From assembly GCF_006345805.1 (NCBI RefSeq), contig NC_043000.1, forward strand, positions 85,622,001-85,686,000: a stretch of DNA of 64,000 bases. Direction: 5' to 3'. Under the pieces are notes generated by a model, which searched no databases, was not told the origin of the DNA, and was given only the letters and a program-made list of their open reading frames with translations. Numbering within the stretch: position 1 is the stretch's first letter; each line of letters begins with the position of its first letter. Source of the DNA: Octopus sinensis (taxonomy: Eukaryota). Shown here piece by piece: positions 38,501 to 51,908 of the stretch. The translations under genes were made by a program, and so were the position numbers.

Positions 38501-41500
38501 TTATAGTGTGTTTTGAATAAGCTACAAGAAGGAGACATTGATAGTTTGCTTATTCTAGATCAGCTTAAAATGACCCAGGATTGTAAAGATGCCTTTGTTG
38601 GATTCCGTAAGTTGACTTGACTTATCGAAAATATATGAATAACATTTTTTCTTTTATTGATCTGAAACTGATGTTTATTATAATAGAGTTCTTTTTTATG
38701 TAGCATATCATGTCAGAAAATATAATCATCAAGGACATGTATAATGCTTTAAATGGAGATTACATTATTACATTCTCATTCCTAAAGAGTGTGAGGATAA
38801 TTAGGGAATGAATCTGTGAATTGTCATGATAAGAATGTCAAAATACAAGTGGTATGAATGTAAGAGGAAAATATATTGTTAATCCTTTCTTATATAATAA
38901 TACTTGATATAAAAGTTGGTTGATTTCTCCAGTCACACTTTACATCATACAGAGGAAAGAGTAGAGAGAATACTAGTGGGATACAGATTGAGTTAACACA
39001 AGGGATGTAGGATGAGTTCACATTAGGTTTTGTGGCATGCAATGAGTAAAAGAATGCCCACAATACACACACACACACACACAAAGTAAGAGAGAAAGAA
39101 TCATAGGAACAGAAGAGGAGGAGAGGGAATAAATAAGTATTTATGAGGGAGGAGTTGTACAAGTGAGAAATAAGGAGTAATTTTAAGGTTAAAAATATTT
39201 TTCTTTTGAAAATTAGTATTCTTTTCACCATCTGGTATAAGCATCAACAAATTTGATAAAAGTTACATTATGATCATTATATGTATGCCATATTTTCTGA
39301 TATTACCCGTGGTGGCAAAATTATACTTGCAAAGTTACCCATCATATAAAATATCTTACAACACATCATGTTTTTCAAATATATTTTTAACATTTTCTAC
39401 AATTATCAGTATTTCATAAATTCTTCTGAATATTGCTAAGCAGTAAAAGAGTCCACTTCATGATCACATTCCAGGTTCATTCACACTGCATTGGGCATAT
39501 GTCTTCTGCCAAAGCCTTATAAGTAAAATTTGTTAGATGGAAACCATGGAAGCTCATTAGGTGGTGGTGTATGGTTTAATGAGTACTGATTTCCAAATAA
39601 GACCTAGATGGAACCAGAGGCTCAAAACAGCTTGGAGAAATCTTAGACAGAATAATAAAAATGAAATGTATAATATATGAAACCCAATTTCTTAGATGCC
39701 TGCATATTGTTTAAATAAAGCAACATTTGGTGTGAACTGGTAGTTTGTTTCTATTTTAACAGGTGAAGAGGCTATTACATTCCTTCCTACATACAGAATG
39801 GAACGAGGGGCAAAAGGCAAATTGGTTTATAACTGGAGGAAAGTGAAAAAAACCACTGGAGTAAGCTGATTATTATATATGTAAACTTTATTTTTATAGT
39901 TTTTTCATATCAATAAACAATGATGTAAGTTGTACGTTGTCTTAAATTGCTGAAAGTCATAAACTTACACAGATAAAGAATACAGCTGCAAATCATAACT
40001 ATAGTGGTCCCAAAGGTAGCATTCTCACATTTTTTTTTTTATTTTTTTTTTTTATACAAACACAGGTGACAGGAATTTTGTAAAAATTTTGGATGGATGG
40101 GTCCTTTGTTGTCTGTTTTCTGCATCTGAAAGGAAGAATTGAAGTAATTATATTTGATGATGTTTGAAGGGTTCTCCCTCATGGTTAGGAGTTCACACCT
40201 GGTCACTCCACTATAATACAGAGCACTAACATGTCAGTTTGGTACATTATTTTTTTTCCTGGATGCTTTTGCTATTGCCAACCACTTTACAGCATGGATG
40301 GATGCATTTTATTATGCTACTAACACTAGAGAGGTAGTTTTTTGGGGGGTTTTTTGCAGGACTAAAGTGTCCTACACTGTATTAGCTTTTAAGTTAGAGC
40401 TTCTGCTCTCCTACACCAGTTGCCTTTGCTACAGCATCCAGAAACCATGTCTCCTCTATGAGGTCAGGGCAGAATCCTAGCTTATTTATTTTCTTATGTT
40501 TATTTCTGTCCTCTCTAATTTTATAGATTTTTATTTTTACATACACTTTACAGAAATTGTTTTTCCTTTTTTTTTTTTAGGATCGTATTAATGTGCCTTC
40601 CTGGTGTGATAGGGTTATGTGGCGATCTTATCCTGGAACGTTTATAGAAAATATAGCATACGGTAAGTGAAATTGTATTCATTTCAGTTATTATTAATCA
40701 AGATTTGTTATTACACACTTGTAAACAAACTTTTAAAAATTGAAATTGCAAATATTTTGATGTGTATGAAATGAAATCTTAAGTTAGTCATTGTGTGTTC
40801 ATTGATATTTCAAATAGTGTATATTTGATAAAATGTGTTAAGTTGTGGTTAGTTATTGTCAGTGAAATCAAAGCATAAATTATTGAGACTTGTGTGATGC
40901 AATTAAGTTTGATTTAAAGGGCAAAATAGCCATTATTGCTAATCCTTTCAAATATTCACATAAAACAGATAACTACTGGAAAATAAAATTGATCAAAATT
41001 AACTAAGTTTACTGTTTCATCTATTCTAAAATTTGATTTTATACCATAAAAGTAGAGGAAAATCAAGTAAGGGAAAACTTTTATTGTATATTAAATATAA
41101 ACTTATATATAACTTTCACCTACTCTCCATTATCTAGTCTGACAGCTTTCAGTGTAATAAACCACTACATTAAGCCACACTCTCTCTTTCTCTCTGTCTA
41201 ATGGAAGCTCACATTTATAGCTTGATGGAGAGAACTAGTATTCTTAACATCATGGTAGGCTTTAACAGTTGTGACTCATCTGGGCTTAATGGCTTGGCAA
41301 CTAATCTCAGTACCACCACTATCATGTTAACAGTCTCAGTTTGCAGTTAAGCATGACTGGACTGCTACAGTAAACTGACCTTTCTTTTACAGACAGCTTG
41401 AACACCTTTACTATCATTATTACAAGGTGTTACTCCTCTGCTATAGCAATAAATAGTCTAGGTAGCCTTGTCCCATGGAGACACTTCTCTCCCATAGCCC

Positions 41501-44500
41501 CCATACAGACAAGCTAGGGACTCTCGTTGCAAGTTACCTAACTTGGATGGAGCACAGTAACTTCAAATAGGAAATAGTAAAGGAGACTCTTTAATTCATT
41601 CTCTAGAAGATAATTTCTCTACTGTGAGTGGTAGTGGCATGATAAAAGGCATCTACTTTTGTAAAACATACCATATACCAAAGTTTGGACAGTTTTCTTT
41701 ACTGTGCATACAAGATGATGCAGACTGTTGTAACCCATCCAACTCATGGCAGTGGCAGTTGTTGTTCTTGAATCTTTAAAAAAAACAACTATCCATTTAA
41801 ATTTAATTTCCAGTTAACGTGTTTTCTACTTGAGTATAAAAAGACTTTACATAAGTGGAGATTTCAACCTACTGCTAGTTAGTTTTATGATTTGGATGAC
41901 CTTTGGTATTAGCTCATCAAGGCATTAAACATATCGCTTCTAAATGAATGATGATTGTGTCCATTTGGAAACATATAAGCTGATGAAACATTTAAAAATA
42001 TTTCCCAATTATAAAAATGAAAATGGGACTGGCTCCTGTGCAGGTGGCACATAAAAAGCACCATTTGAGCATGGCCATTGTCAGTACCGCCTGACTGGCC
42101 CTCGTGCCAGTGGCACGTAAAAGCACCCGCTACACTCTCTGAGAGGTTGGCATTAAGAAAGGCATCCAGCTGTAGAAACTCTGCCAGATCAGATTGGAGT
42201 CTGGTGCAGCCATCTGGTTCGCCAGACCTCAGTCAAATCGTCCAACCCATGTTAGCATGGAAAGTGGATGTTAGACAATAATGATGATGACAAATTATAG
42301 TGTTGTAAAGTAATTTACTTTATCAATGGAATTGAGTAGTTTTGTCTTTTCTACATTTTGCTTCTGCTCCTTAATTCTTGGGGGGGGGGGGTCTGTTTGA
42401 AACCAATTAATAAACATAGTGCCGGTGGCACGTGGCACATAAGAAAACCATCCGAACGTGGCCGTAGCCAGTACCGCATCGACTGGCCTCCGTGCTGTGG
42501 GCACGTAACAAGCACCATCCGATCGTGGCCGTTTGCCAGCCTCATCTGGCACCTGTGTCGGCGGCACATAAAAACACCATCCGAGCGTGGCCGTCTGCCA
42601 GCCTCGTCTGGCACCTGTGCCGGTGGCACATAAAAACACCATCCGAGCATGGCCGTCTGCCAGCCTCGTCTGGCACCTGTGTCGGTGGCACATAAAAACA
42701 CCATCCGAGCGTGGCCGTCTGCCAGCCTCGTCTGGCACCTGTGTCGGTGGCACATAAAAACACCATCCGAGCGTGGCCGTCTGCCAGCCTCGTCTGGCAC
42801 CTGTGTCGGTGGCACATAAAAACACCATCCGAGCGTGGCCGTCTGCCAGCCTCGTCTGGCACCTGTGTCGGTGGCACATAAAAACACCATCCGAGCGTGG
42901 CCGTTTGCCAGCCTCGTCTGGCACCTGTGTCGGTGGCACATAAAATCACCTACTACACTCTCGGAGTGGTTGGCGTTAGGAAGGGCATCCAGCTGTAGAA
43001 ACACTGCCAGATCTGACTGGACTGGTGCAGCTTTCGGGCTCCCCAGACCCCAGTTGAACCGTCCAACCCATGCTAGCATGGAAAGCGGACGTTAAATGAT
43101 GATGATGATGATGATGATGATTTCTTTGCTTACTACAAAATATTTTCATAAATTCATTATTTATTTTAAAACTGAATCTTTAATTGACACATTATCAAAA
43201 ACCAAAGTGGAATTTAATCAAGCTATACCTGACCCAAATACTTTACCTCTTTTATGTTCAAACCAGCCAGATCCAACCTGTTACACCTCCCCTACAATGT
43301 CATTCAAAAAAGAAACTATTACATCATTGAAATTTCAAACAGGATTAATTCAAAACAATGTGAATAAACAAACATTACTTTTGATAGAGTAATCTGAATG
43401 CTAAAGGGTTAAACTAGCTATGAAAGTCAAATCAATTGACATTTTTACTGACTTTTTCCTAATCTCAATGCCAGTCTAAATGATGATTATTTGTAAATTA
43501 AAATTACAATGCTTCAAGGGTAAACTAGATAATAAAAGGCTTTCATTTATGTTCCTTTTCTGCATCTTTTATGAAATTTATCATTCGCATTTCTTCATGT
43601 TTTCTGTAAACGTACCTTGTATATTTTCACTTAAACCTAACTATATCCTTAGTCAGCTCACCTAAGTGTGTCATTTTTACACCTCTAAATAGAAAACAAT
43701 TTTTTTTTATTATAACTTCATATCAACTGAAAAGATATTGCCAACTTGTATTAATGAGGTTATAGTTTGTTTTGTTTTTTTATTGAGTTCTCCACTAATA
43801 TATCCTTAATCTTTAATTTCCTCCATCTATCAGTACACTAACTTGCTAGTTGCTACATAAAGTAAATTATTAATAGTAATATTAAAGTTTCCTATTTTAT
43901 CATTCTCTGTTATTAATTCCAGGCTGTGCCGACGATATATTGAGCAGTGATCACCGGCCAGTATTCAGTTCTTTTAATATTGGCATAGCCTCACAGTTTA
44001 TTACCAACAGAGAATCTTTGGTTGATCAAACATCTGTCCGCATTATCTTTGATCTTGTCCAAGCAGAGGTATATATTGTTTTATATATCATAAATTAGAT
44101 CAAATATAAATTCATTTTCATTATAGATGCATTTCAAATAACTATAATATATACTACACAGTTTCTTTAGTATGTGATATATATATATATATACAAACAC
44201 ACACACACACACACACAAAGGGCTTTGGGGAAATATTTAGGAATTAGTATTTTATGTAAATAACATTATTATTAAAATGACTGTAACCATGGCCTATGCC
44301 AGTGTAGCATAACTGGCCCATTTAAGAGTACCCTTCAATCATTGGGCAATAAACTGTGCTTGAGAAGACCTGTTGAGTGAAATCATTGTCATGGCCGATG
44401 CCAGTACTCTCTGACTGGCTCTCATGCCAGTGGTACATAAAAAGCACCATTCAAGCCTGGTCATTGCCAGTGCCACCTGACTGGCTCCCATGCCAGTGAC

Positions 44501-47500
44501 AAGTAAAAAGCACTATTCAAGCATGGTCATTGCCAGAATGGCCTGACTGACACGTAAAATGCACCTACTATGCTCTTGGAGTGGTTGGCATTAGGAAGGG
44601 CATCCAGCTGTAGAAACCTTGCCAGATCAGATTGGAGCCTGGTGCAGCCTTCTGGCCTTCAGTCAAACCGTCCAACCTATGCCAGCATGGAAAGTGGACG
44701 TTAAACAATGATGATGTGGGAATTATATGAGACTCAAATAATAGCATAAATAAAAAAGGTGATGAAGTCATAGTGTGACAACTATAAATATTTACATAGC
44801 TAAAATAAACTGCTTGTGTTTGTTGTAATTCAAAAATGGACAATAACGAAAAAAGGACACAAGCAGTTTGGTGTATTTTAGATGTATGCCTACAAATAAG
44901 TTGTATGCTTCAAAGACTGTATAGAAAAGATTATGCCCAGTTGAGCTGAGACAGAGCTGTAGATTAGAAGAATTAGTTGCTATGTATAAATTAGATGACT
45001 ATTTTATGTAAACAAGAAATTATTATGTATTACATCAGCTGAATGAAAATCTGTTGGTTAGAGGCAATGTTTTTAGATATGATGGCAACAAATTGTCTTG
45101 AGGAAAAGGATTGGAAATGCTGATTATATTTACATACACAATTAATTGTTAACATTGCTTTTTTTTTTTTATAAGTAATATAGTCTAATTAATGTGGTTT
45201 TGTAATGTTCATTATACATTGCATGCACAAATTATTATCATTAACGTTCTATAGAACTGAATAAAATTTAACAGTTTTATAACTCTTATCTCCAACATAG
45301 ATTCGTACATGTTCCAGCCAGTATTTTGTTTTAGAGTTCTATTCCAATTGTCTTCCAAGTAAGTCATTAAAAATTGTTTTAAATTTCCTAGTTAATACTT
45401 TTATATCTTCTCCCCTTTCTTGTTTATGATTGATTCTTTTTATGATAATTTTTATTGCCCATAAGGTCAATTTTATTATTATAACTATACTTGAAATGAT
45501 ATTTTTGTCATCCTTAGTTAATAACTTTCTTAGCTATTATTCTTGTGTGTGTGTAGATTGTTAAATATAAGCATAATAGACATTTACTAAAATATTCTTT
45601 CATTTCATTTGTTCCCTTCTGTTATGATGAAAAGTTATAAAATTATTGCAATTAATAAAAATGTTAATATCAAAATGAACTGACGGTTTTTTCTTTTTAT
45701 TTAGATGTTATTAGTAGTAATCCTAACAAAACATTTTATGCGGAAATTGCTGGTCTCTGCTGCCCCCAATGGACAAAAGATTCACTTCCTGAGGTAAGCA
45801 TTAAACCATTTCAATTTATTATTATATTTTAAGTCACAACAATCATAGCAACAATATTTTTATTGAAATTCACACTCCTTTTGATGCAAATAAATAGCAA
45901 ATATCAACTGAGTTGTTTGTTAAATAGTGTATGCTTATATTTTAGTTAGATATTCTATTCTCACTAACTTATTGTTATATATTTCCATATAATATTAAGA
46001 CAAGCTTTGAATTGTGAAAGAAACAAATTTATTTCCAAAAAGAAGGGATGATTAGGTCTAGCAAGCAAAGTCCATTTCACATCTGTTCTCTCTCATACAT
46101 GACTGTAAACAAGTTGATTTGCTTTTTAACACATTACATTGGTATTGCCTTTGAAAGGCTCTCTATGACTCATTAATGGTTATGGGATATTTCCAGTTAA
46201 GGAAGTGCAGATGGTAATCAGTACAATATAAGCAGTTGAAATTATAGTGGATTCGTATTCTGTCAGTGGTATTGATGTATCTTTAGTCAAAACACTTAAA
46301 TGACCTAACCCACACAATTGTAAATAGATGCTTACATACTAGAAACAACTAACTGCTGCAAATGCTGACATCACACTAATGTATTTCATTAACTTGAATT
46401 GCTGACTTATCCGAAATACACTACCTCGTGATAATGAAGTCTCTAGTTGAGTCTTTGCAACAAAATTTTATGAGACTCAAGTGTTGTTTTAATGAAGTTA
46501 ATACATATTTTGTTTGTAATATTTTTAGCTTAGTTTCTTATTTTTGAATTATTTGTTTTTATTTTTATCAGTAACTGCAGTATATTTTGTGAATTATATT
46601 TCATTACTCACCATTTTTCTTTTCCATATTTTTACAGCTCCATCCAATATTTGGTGACCGAGATTACCTAGAAGAACAGCACATATTAATCGCCATCCGA
46701 ACAAGAGATGGTGACCATGAATCATATGGTATTTGTGCCATTTTTAAGTTGCTAGTTTTCTTTTGCTTCGTTTTACATTATTATTATCACCAAATCTCAG
46801 CGGTGGTGCCCCAGCATGGCTGTGGCCTTCGGGCTAAAACATTTTTAAGGATTTAAATCAACAAGGCAGCAAGCTGGCATAATTGTTAGCACACTGACTG
46901 GGCAAAATATGTAGCAGCATTTCATCTGTCTTTATAGTCTGAATTCATATTCCACCAAGATCAACTTAGCCTTCTATCCTTTCAGAGTTGATGAAATAAG
47001 TACCAGTTGAGCACTGGTGTCAATGTAATTGACTAGCTTCCTCCCACAAAATTTTCAGATTTTGTGCTTAAAGTAGACAGGATTATTATTATTATATTCA
47101 ACAATGGTTTTAATAAATTTATTAAACTTCATTATACATTTTATTTAATTATTAGAAATTTTTGAAAAAGCATTTAATCCTTTTATTTTTGTAGCAGATG
47201 TTTAAATAAGAAGAATTTATTTAGACATTAATTTTTTTAGTAGCTTTCTTCATTTACTTGAGTTGTCTTATTCTTCAAATATGGATTAAATTCACTAAAC
47301 ACCACTAGATTTTCTACTATTTTTCATCAGTGACGCTTAGGAGAGATACATCAATGATTTGTCTTTTTTACTTTAAAACAATTAGAAGATAGTTCTCTGA
47401 AAGAGAAACTTACACAGTTATCATCATTAGCATCACTGTCATTATGAGTACATGCTACAAAAATATTGCCATTGGGATGCTTGCTTCTACATGCCTAACT

Positions 47501-50500
47501 AAAATTATCTTCAGCTTCAAAGAAATGTAAATCATGTTTATCTATTTCTCATTTCAGTTTTATTAAGAAACATTTTCATTCATTTTTATATGATGATTAA
47601 CAAGAGAGAAAATAGTGATTCCAGAACATCTTAACTTTAGTTTTAAATTGTTTCATAATTGTAGTATAGCAGACTCAATACAAATTTTAATTGTCATTTA
47701 CTTTAAACTTTTTGAATAATTAACCTCATCAATTTACATTAAACATTATTACATTACTGAAATTACACTTGCAGCAATTCATATTGACTGAACATGGTGC
47801 AGTATTTCTGGCTGCTGACATCATCATTCAGAAATTTCTAATCTGAAAAATAAACAAACGTTAAATCTAAGAGAATTTAAAGGTTCTTTTTATTATTTTA
47901 CATTACTCAACAGAGTAATGACCCAAACTAGACTCCCCCCAAACAAGTGAAATTCATGTAGCTGATGTCCAGCTTGGACCATCTGTAGGGAAAATGTGTA
48001 TTGGGAAGGAACAAGAGATCTGATTTGAATTCTTGCAACAGGGTGAACCCTGCTAAAGGCAGCCAAGGACTAAGTGGTGTTGTTAAACCAGGTGGCATGT
48101 TAGATCTTTTCCACTATTCTAGAATAATTAATTTTAAGGTCTTCTCTCATCAACAATTGCTTAAGTATGCTCTTCTCTTTTTTATGCAAATACTTCTGAA
48201 ATTATCTTCTTGGGAATATTACCATGAACAAAACTAATAATGTCTGTTGGTCTAACTTAATCTCTTTTCTGAAATAACTTGAGATTTTTTTTTTTATATG
48301 TTGGACCATAATTGTGAGTCTACTCAAAAGTTAAATTTTAAAATATTAATGAAAATGAGATATTTGGTTTTAATGGTATTCCTACTCTAAATAGATTTAC
48401 AAATAGTTTTAATACTGAGGAATTTAATTTTCATTTTCCTATTTCTTAGGTGAGTGTGTGGTAACCCTTAAGGATATGTATTCAGTGCAACCCGAGCCAT
48501 TTGAGTACATGTTAACACATTTAGGTGATGAAACAGGAATAATAAGGTAAGAAACATTGTTTTCCTTTAATCAAAAACTAAACTCCTTAAGGTTCCTATT
48601 TATAACCAACAATTTTGAACCAAAGGTCAAATTTTTATAAATGCCCAGATAACTGAGACACCAAATAAAGGAACTATATATTAATAGTAGAGATGCCAGT
48701 ATAGTTGTGCAGTTAAAAAGTTCATTTTTTGCAACCATGTGTTGTAGGATTTGATACCTCTCCACAGCACCTGAGACAAGTGACTTCTACTTCAACTTAA
48801 GGTTGACTGATACATTGTTAGTAGAATTGGTAGACAGAAACAATTCAGAAACATCTCCCACTTGTATGTGTTTTTATTGTTTACTGGTTTTCTTAGTGGT
48901 TCAAGAGATATAGATCAATATGTAGCTGACTGATTTAAGTACTAGAATTGGTAGTATTTACTAAAACTCTGAGTATAGTATCTCAGCACAACCAAAGTCT
49001 AATGAATGAAATCAATAAAAGGATGAAAGAAATTGAAATCGTGTAATAAATCAGAAATATTATATGTTTATAATAGCTGATATTTATTGGTTGCTTGCTT
49101 GCTCTTGTCACACTTTACATTAAATGGAGAGAGTAAAGGAAAGATACAAAAAAGAGTTGGCATAAGAGGTGCAGGATGAGTGTACATACTGGGTGTTTGG
49201 TGGCAGGAGAAGAATGAGTAAAAGACAGATTGGTTGTGAAAGAAGTTATACAAATGAGAAAATTGTTTTATCTAATTTTAAGGTAATAAATACTTTTTTT
49301 AACATTCTAGTATATTTATAAGATTATTTGACCCCCTGTAATTTACTAATTCTAAAAATTTTCCCATAACCAAATTAATTTAGTGTTTACATATCACTCT
49401 TCTAAATTAAAGGATTAGAAAAACATGATAGTGTTTAAAATATAAGTAAATTTAACTGATAAAAAATTTGTAATTCTAACACAATAAATTCTAACAATCC
49501 TAAATCAAGTCCAATTAATTTCTCAGCCTTTATCAATACATCAAGAACAACAAGTGAAAAGAATAAAATGTATTTAAATTGAATGTAAATGAAAATAATA
49601 ACATAAAGACAATTAAAATTATAGAAAATTAAGCAAACATAATTTATGTGGTCAACCAAAATGCAAAATTCATTTTAGACTGTCTCAGTCTAGTAATTTG
49701 TTCAATATTTCATTTGTACAATATTGTAAATGTAAATGTCATAGTACAGTCCTCAGTTTTGATTCATTCTCAATTAACGTGTATGTATAATTATTTTCTT
49801 GAGTAAATTAACATCTCTAGGTTAAACTTTAAGTTTTTAAAATATTTCATAAATTACAAAATTTGTCACATTTAAATGTTTACTTACAATTTTATTTAAT
49901 GTTTCCTATTTTTCTTTTTGACAGAGGCAAGATGCATATATACACTCCTGAAAGTGCTCCAAGACGGCGCTCTTCAAAGAAAGTTTATGGTAAAACTGAA
50001 CTAATATTTTTATATTTTTTGTTTTCTTTTTATTTTTGTTATATTTATTGCTGTTTAAGAAATTCATCTAATCGTTCTTTTCTTTTAAGATTTTTTTTCT
50101 TTCCTGAAATCAAAATGTAGCAAATTTCTCTTTCAATTTGTTTACAATATCTGAAATACTTTAGACTGCTAAGGTATTAATACAGCTATTTTATTTGAAC
50201 TGTTTCAATTTGTAATACTTTGTAAATTTATCAGCATTTAATTAAAAAATTATTCTAATTTACAGAAATAACTGTGCTAGGTTTGATACACACTATTATA
50301 TATAATTTTTTTACATTTAACTATTTTGAAGAGTACACTTTACAGACATGGCATATTACATTTATAGATACTGATAATAAAGCAAGCCTTTTATTTATAG
50401 TTTTTCATTAAATTGCTTTTTAAAAAATATTTTATTTAGTTGTTAAGCATGTAAAAAAAAATCTACATTTGTGTGTGGTTATTTAAGATAATAATGATCA

Positions 50501-51836
50501 TGAACCATATCTATATACATCTCTCAAATATATAATACATCATGATGCTATGTATTGTTCTTGCTTTACTTTTAAAGATAGTACTGCAGGCTATAATCAT
50601 TTTATGTAAAAGAAGCAAATTAGAAAACGTATTTCAATACGCTATTTCACCATGCATTACCCCTCTCTTGATATCCTACTTTCTACTTGCCTAGAACCTG
50701 TCCTCTGAACCACCCCTCCCACTGGTGCTCCCCTATATTTCTGCACACCCCCCCCATAAAAAGCACCATCCGAACGTGGCCGATGCCAGACCCCTCTGGC
50801 ACCTGTGCAGGTGGCACGTAAAAAACACCCACTACACTCGCGGAGTGGTTGGCGTTAGGAAGGGCATCCAGCTGTAGAAACACTGCCAGACTAGACTGGA
50901 GCCTGGGGCAGTCCCGAGCTCTCCAGACCCCGGTCGAAACCGTCCAACCCGTGCTAGCGCGGAAAACGGACGTTAAACGATGATGATGATGATTTCATTA
51001 AACTGTTAGGTAATGAAATGATAAAAAGGTTCTACACTGGAAATTGGGTCTTTTTATTGTATTTCATTTTATTATATAGAAATTATTTATGTTAAAGGAA
51101 TTAAAAATATCAAAGAATCATGGAAAAGTCAATGAGAATATTTACAGTTGCATTTCATCTTTCAGTTTATTCATTTTATTCTACTCTTGAATATAGTGTT
51201 GATGTTACAGAAAGTTTTATATCATTTACTGCACCATGTTAAGTTTTTCTTTCAAGGAATCTGCCTATGATAGCCATCTCCTTAGTCTTTTTTAAAATTG
51301 ATAGACTTTACTAAAGTAAGATTAGTTTAAATATTTTGTCATTACTGAACAAGCAGTAAATAAACTGATGAATTGTAATAGATTCGTCAATCATGTTTAT
51401 AAAATAAGTGAAAAGGTGGGTTCAATTTAACAATTGTTATTGCATTTTTCCATACTGATATGAATTTGACAGACAGAATTAGAATCGGGCATGTTGGTAT
51501 GATCTTAACTGATCACTTTAATGCTGAATGGCTTAATGTACAACTGTTCTATGTATCACAATACATAATGGCGAAGAGTGGTTTAACCTTTAGATATTTC
51601 ATTTTAGATTTAACCACTTTGTTGTTTTCATAGGCGCGGGCATGGCTGTGTGGTTAGGGAGCTTGCTTCCTAGCTACATGGTTTCGGGTTCAGTCCCACT
51701 GCGTGGCACTTTGGGTAGGTGTCTTCCACTATAGCCCCGAGCCGACCGGAGCTTTTTGATTGAATTCGGTAGGTGGAAGTTACTGCCGTGTGTGTATATG
51801 TGCGTGTAGGTACTTGTGCCTCTCCGAAAGAGAGAG

Positions 51837-51908
<72 letters not shown>

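Noticed and set aside
42520-42945. 62-bp repeat array as a possible CRISPR-like locus
   Set aside because: Units are contiguous with no unique spacers, lie inside a retrotransposon tail in a eukaryotic intron, and no cas genes are present.
42295-43079. Long minus-strand ORFs (214, 242 and 135 aa) with repeated peptides
   Set aside because: They come from the 62-bp VNTR, whose minus strand has no stop codon in any frame; because 62 is not a multiple of 3 the translation cycles through frames. No splice or homology support.
43150-43412. Second piggyBac-like MITE ending gctaaagggttaa (similar end near 51530)
   Set aside because: Only one terminus is recognisable, so the element cannot be delimited.
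51633-51710. tRNA gene (also the heads at 24040, 28014 and in the family-A array)
   Set aside because: A and B boxes are present but there is no complete cloverleaf, and each continues into a SINE body; these are tRNA-derived SINE heads.
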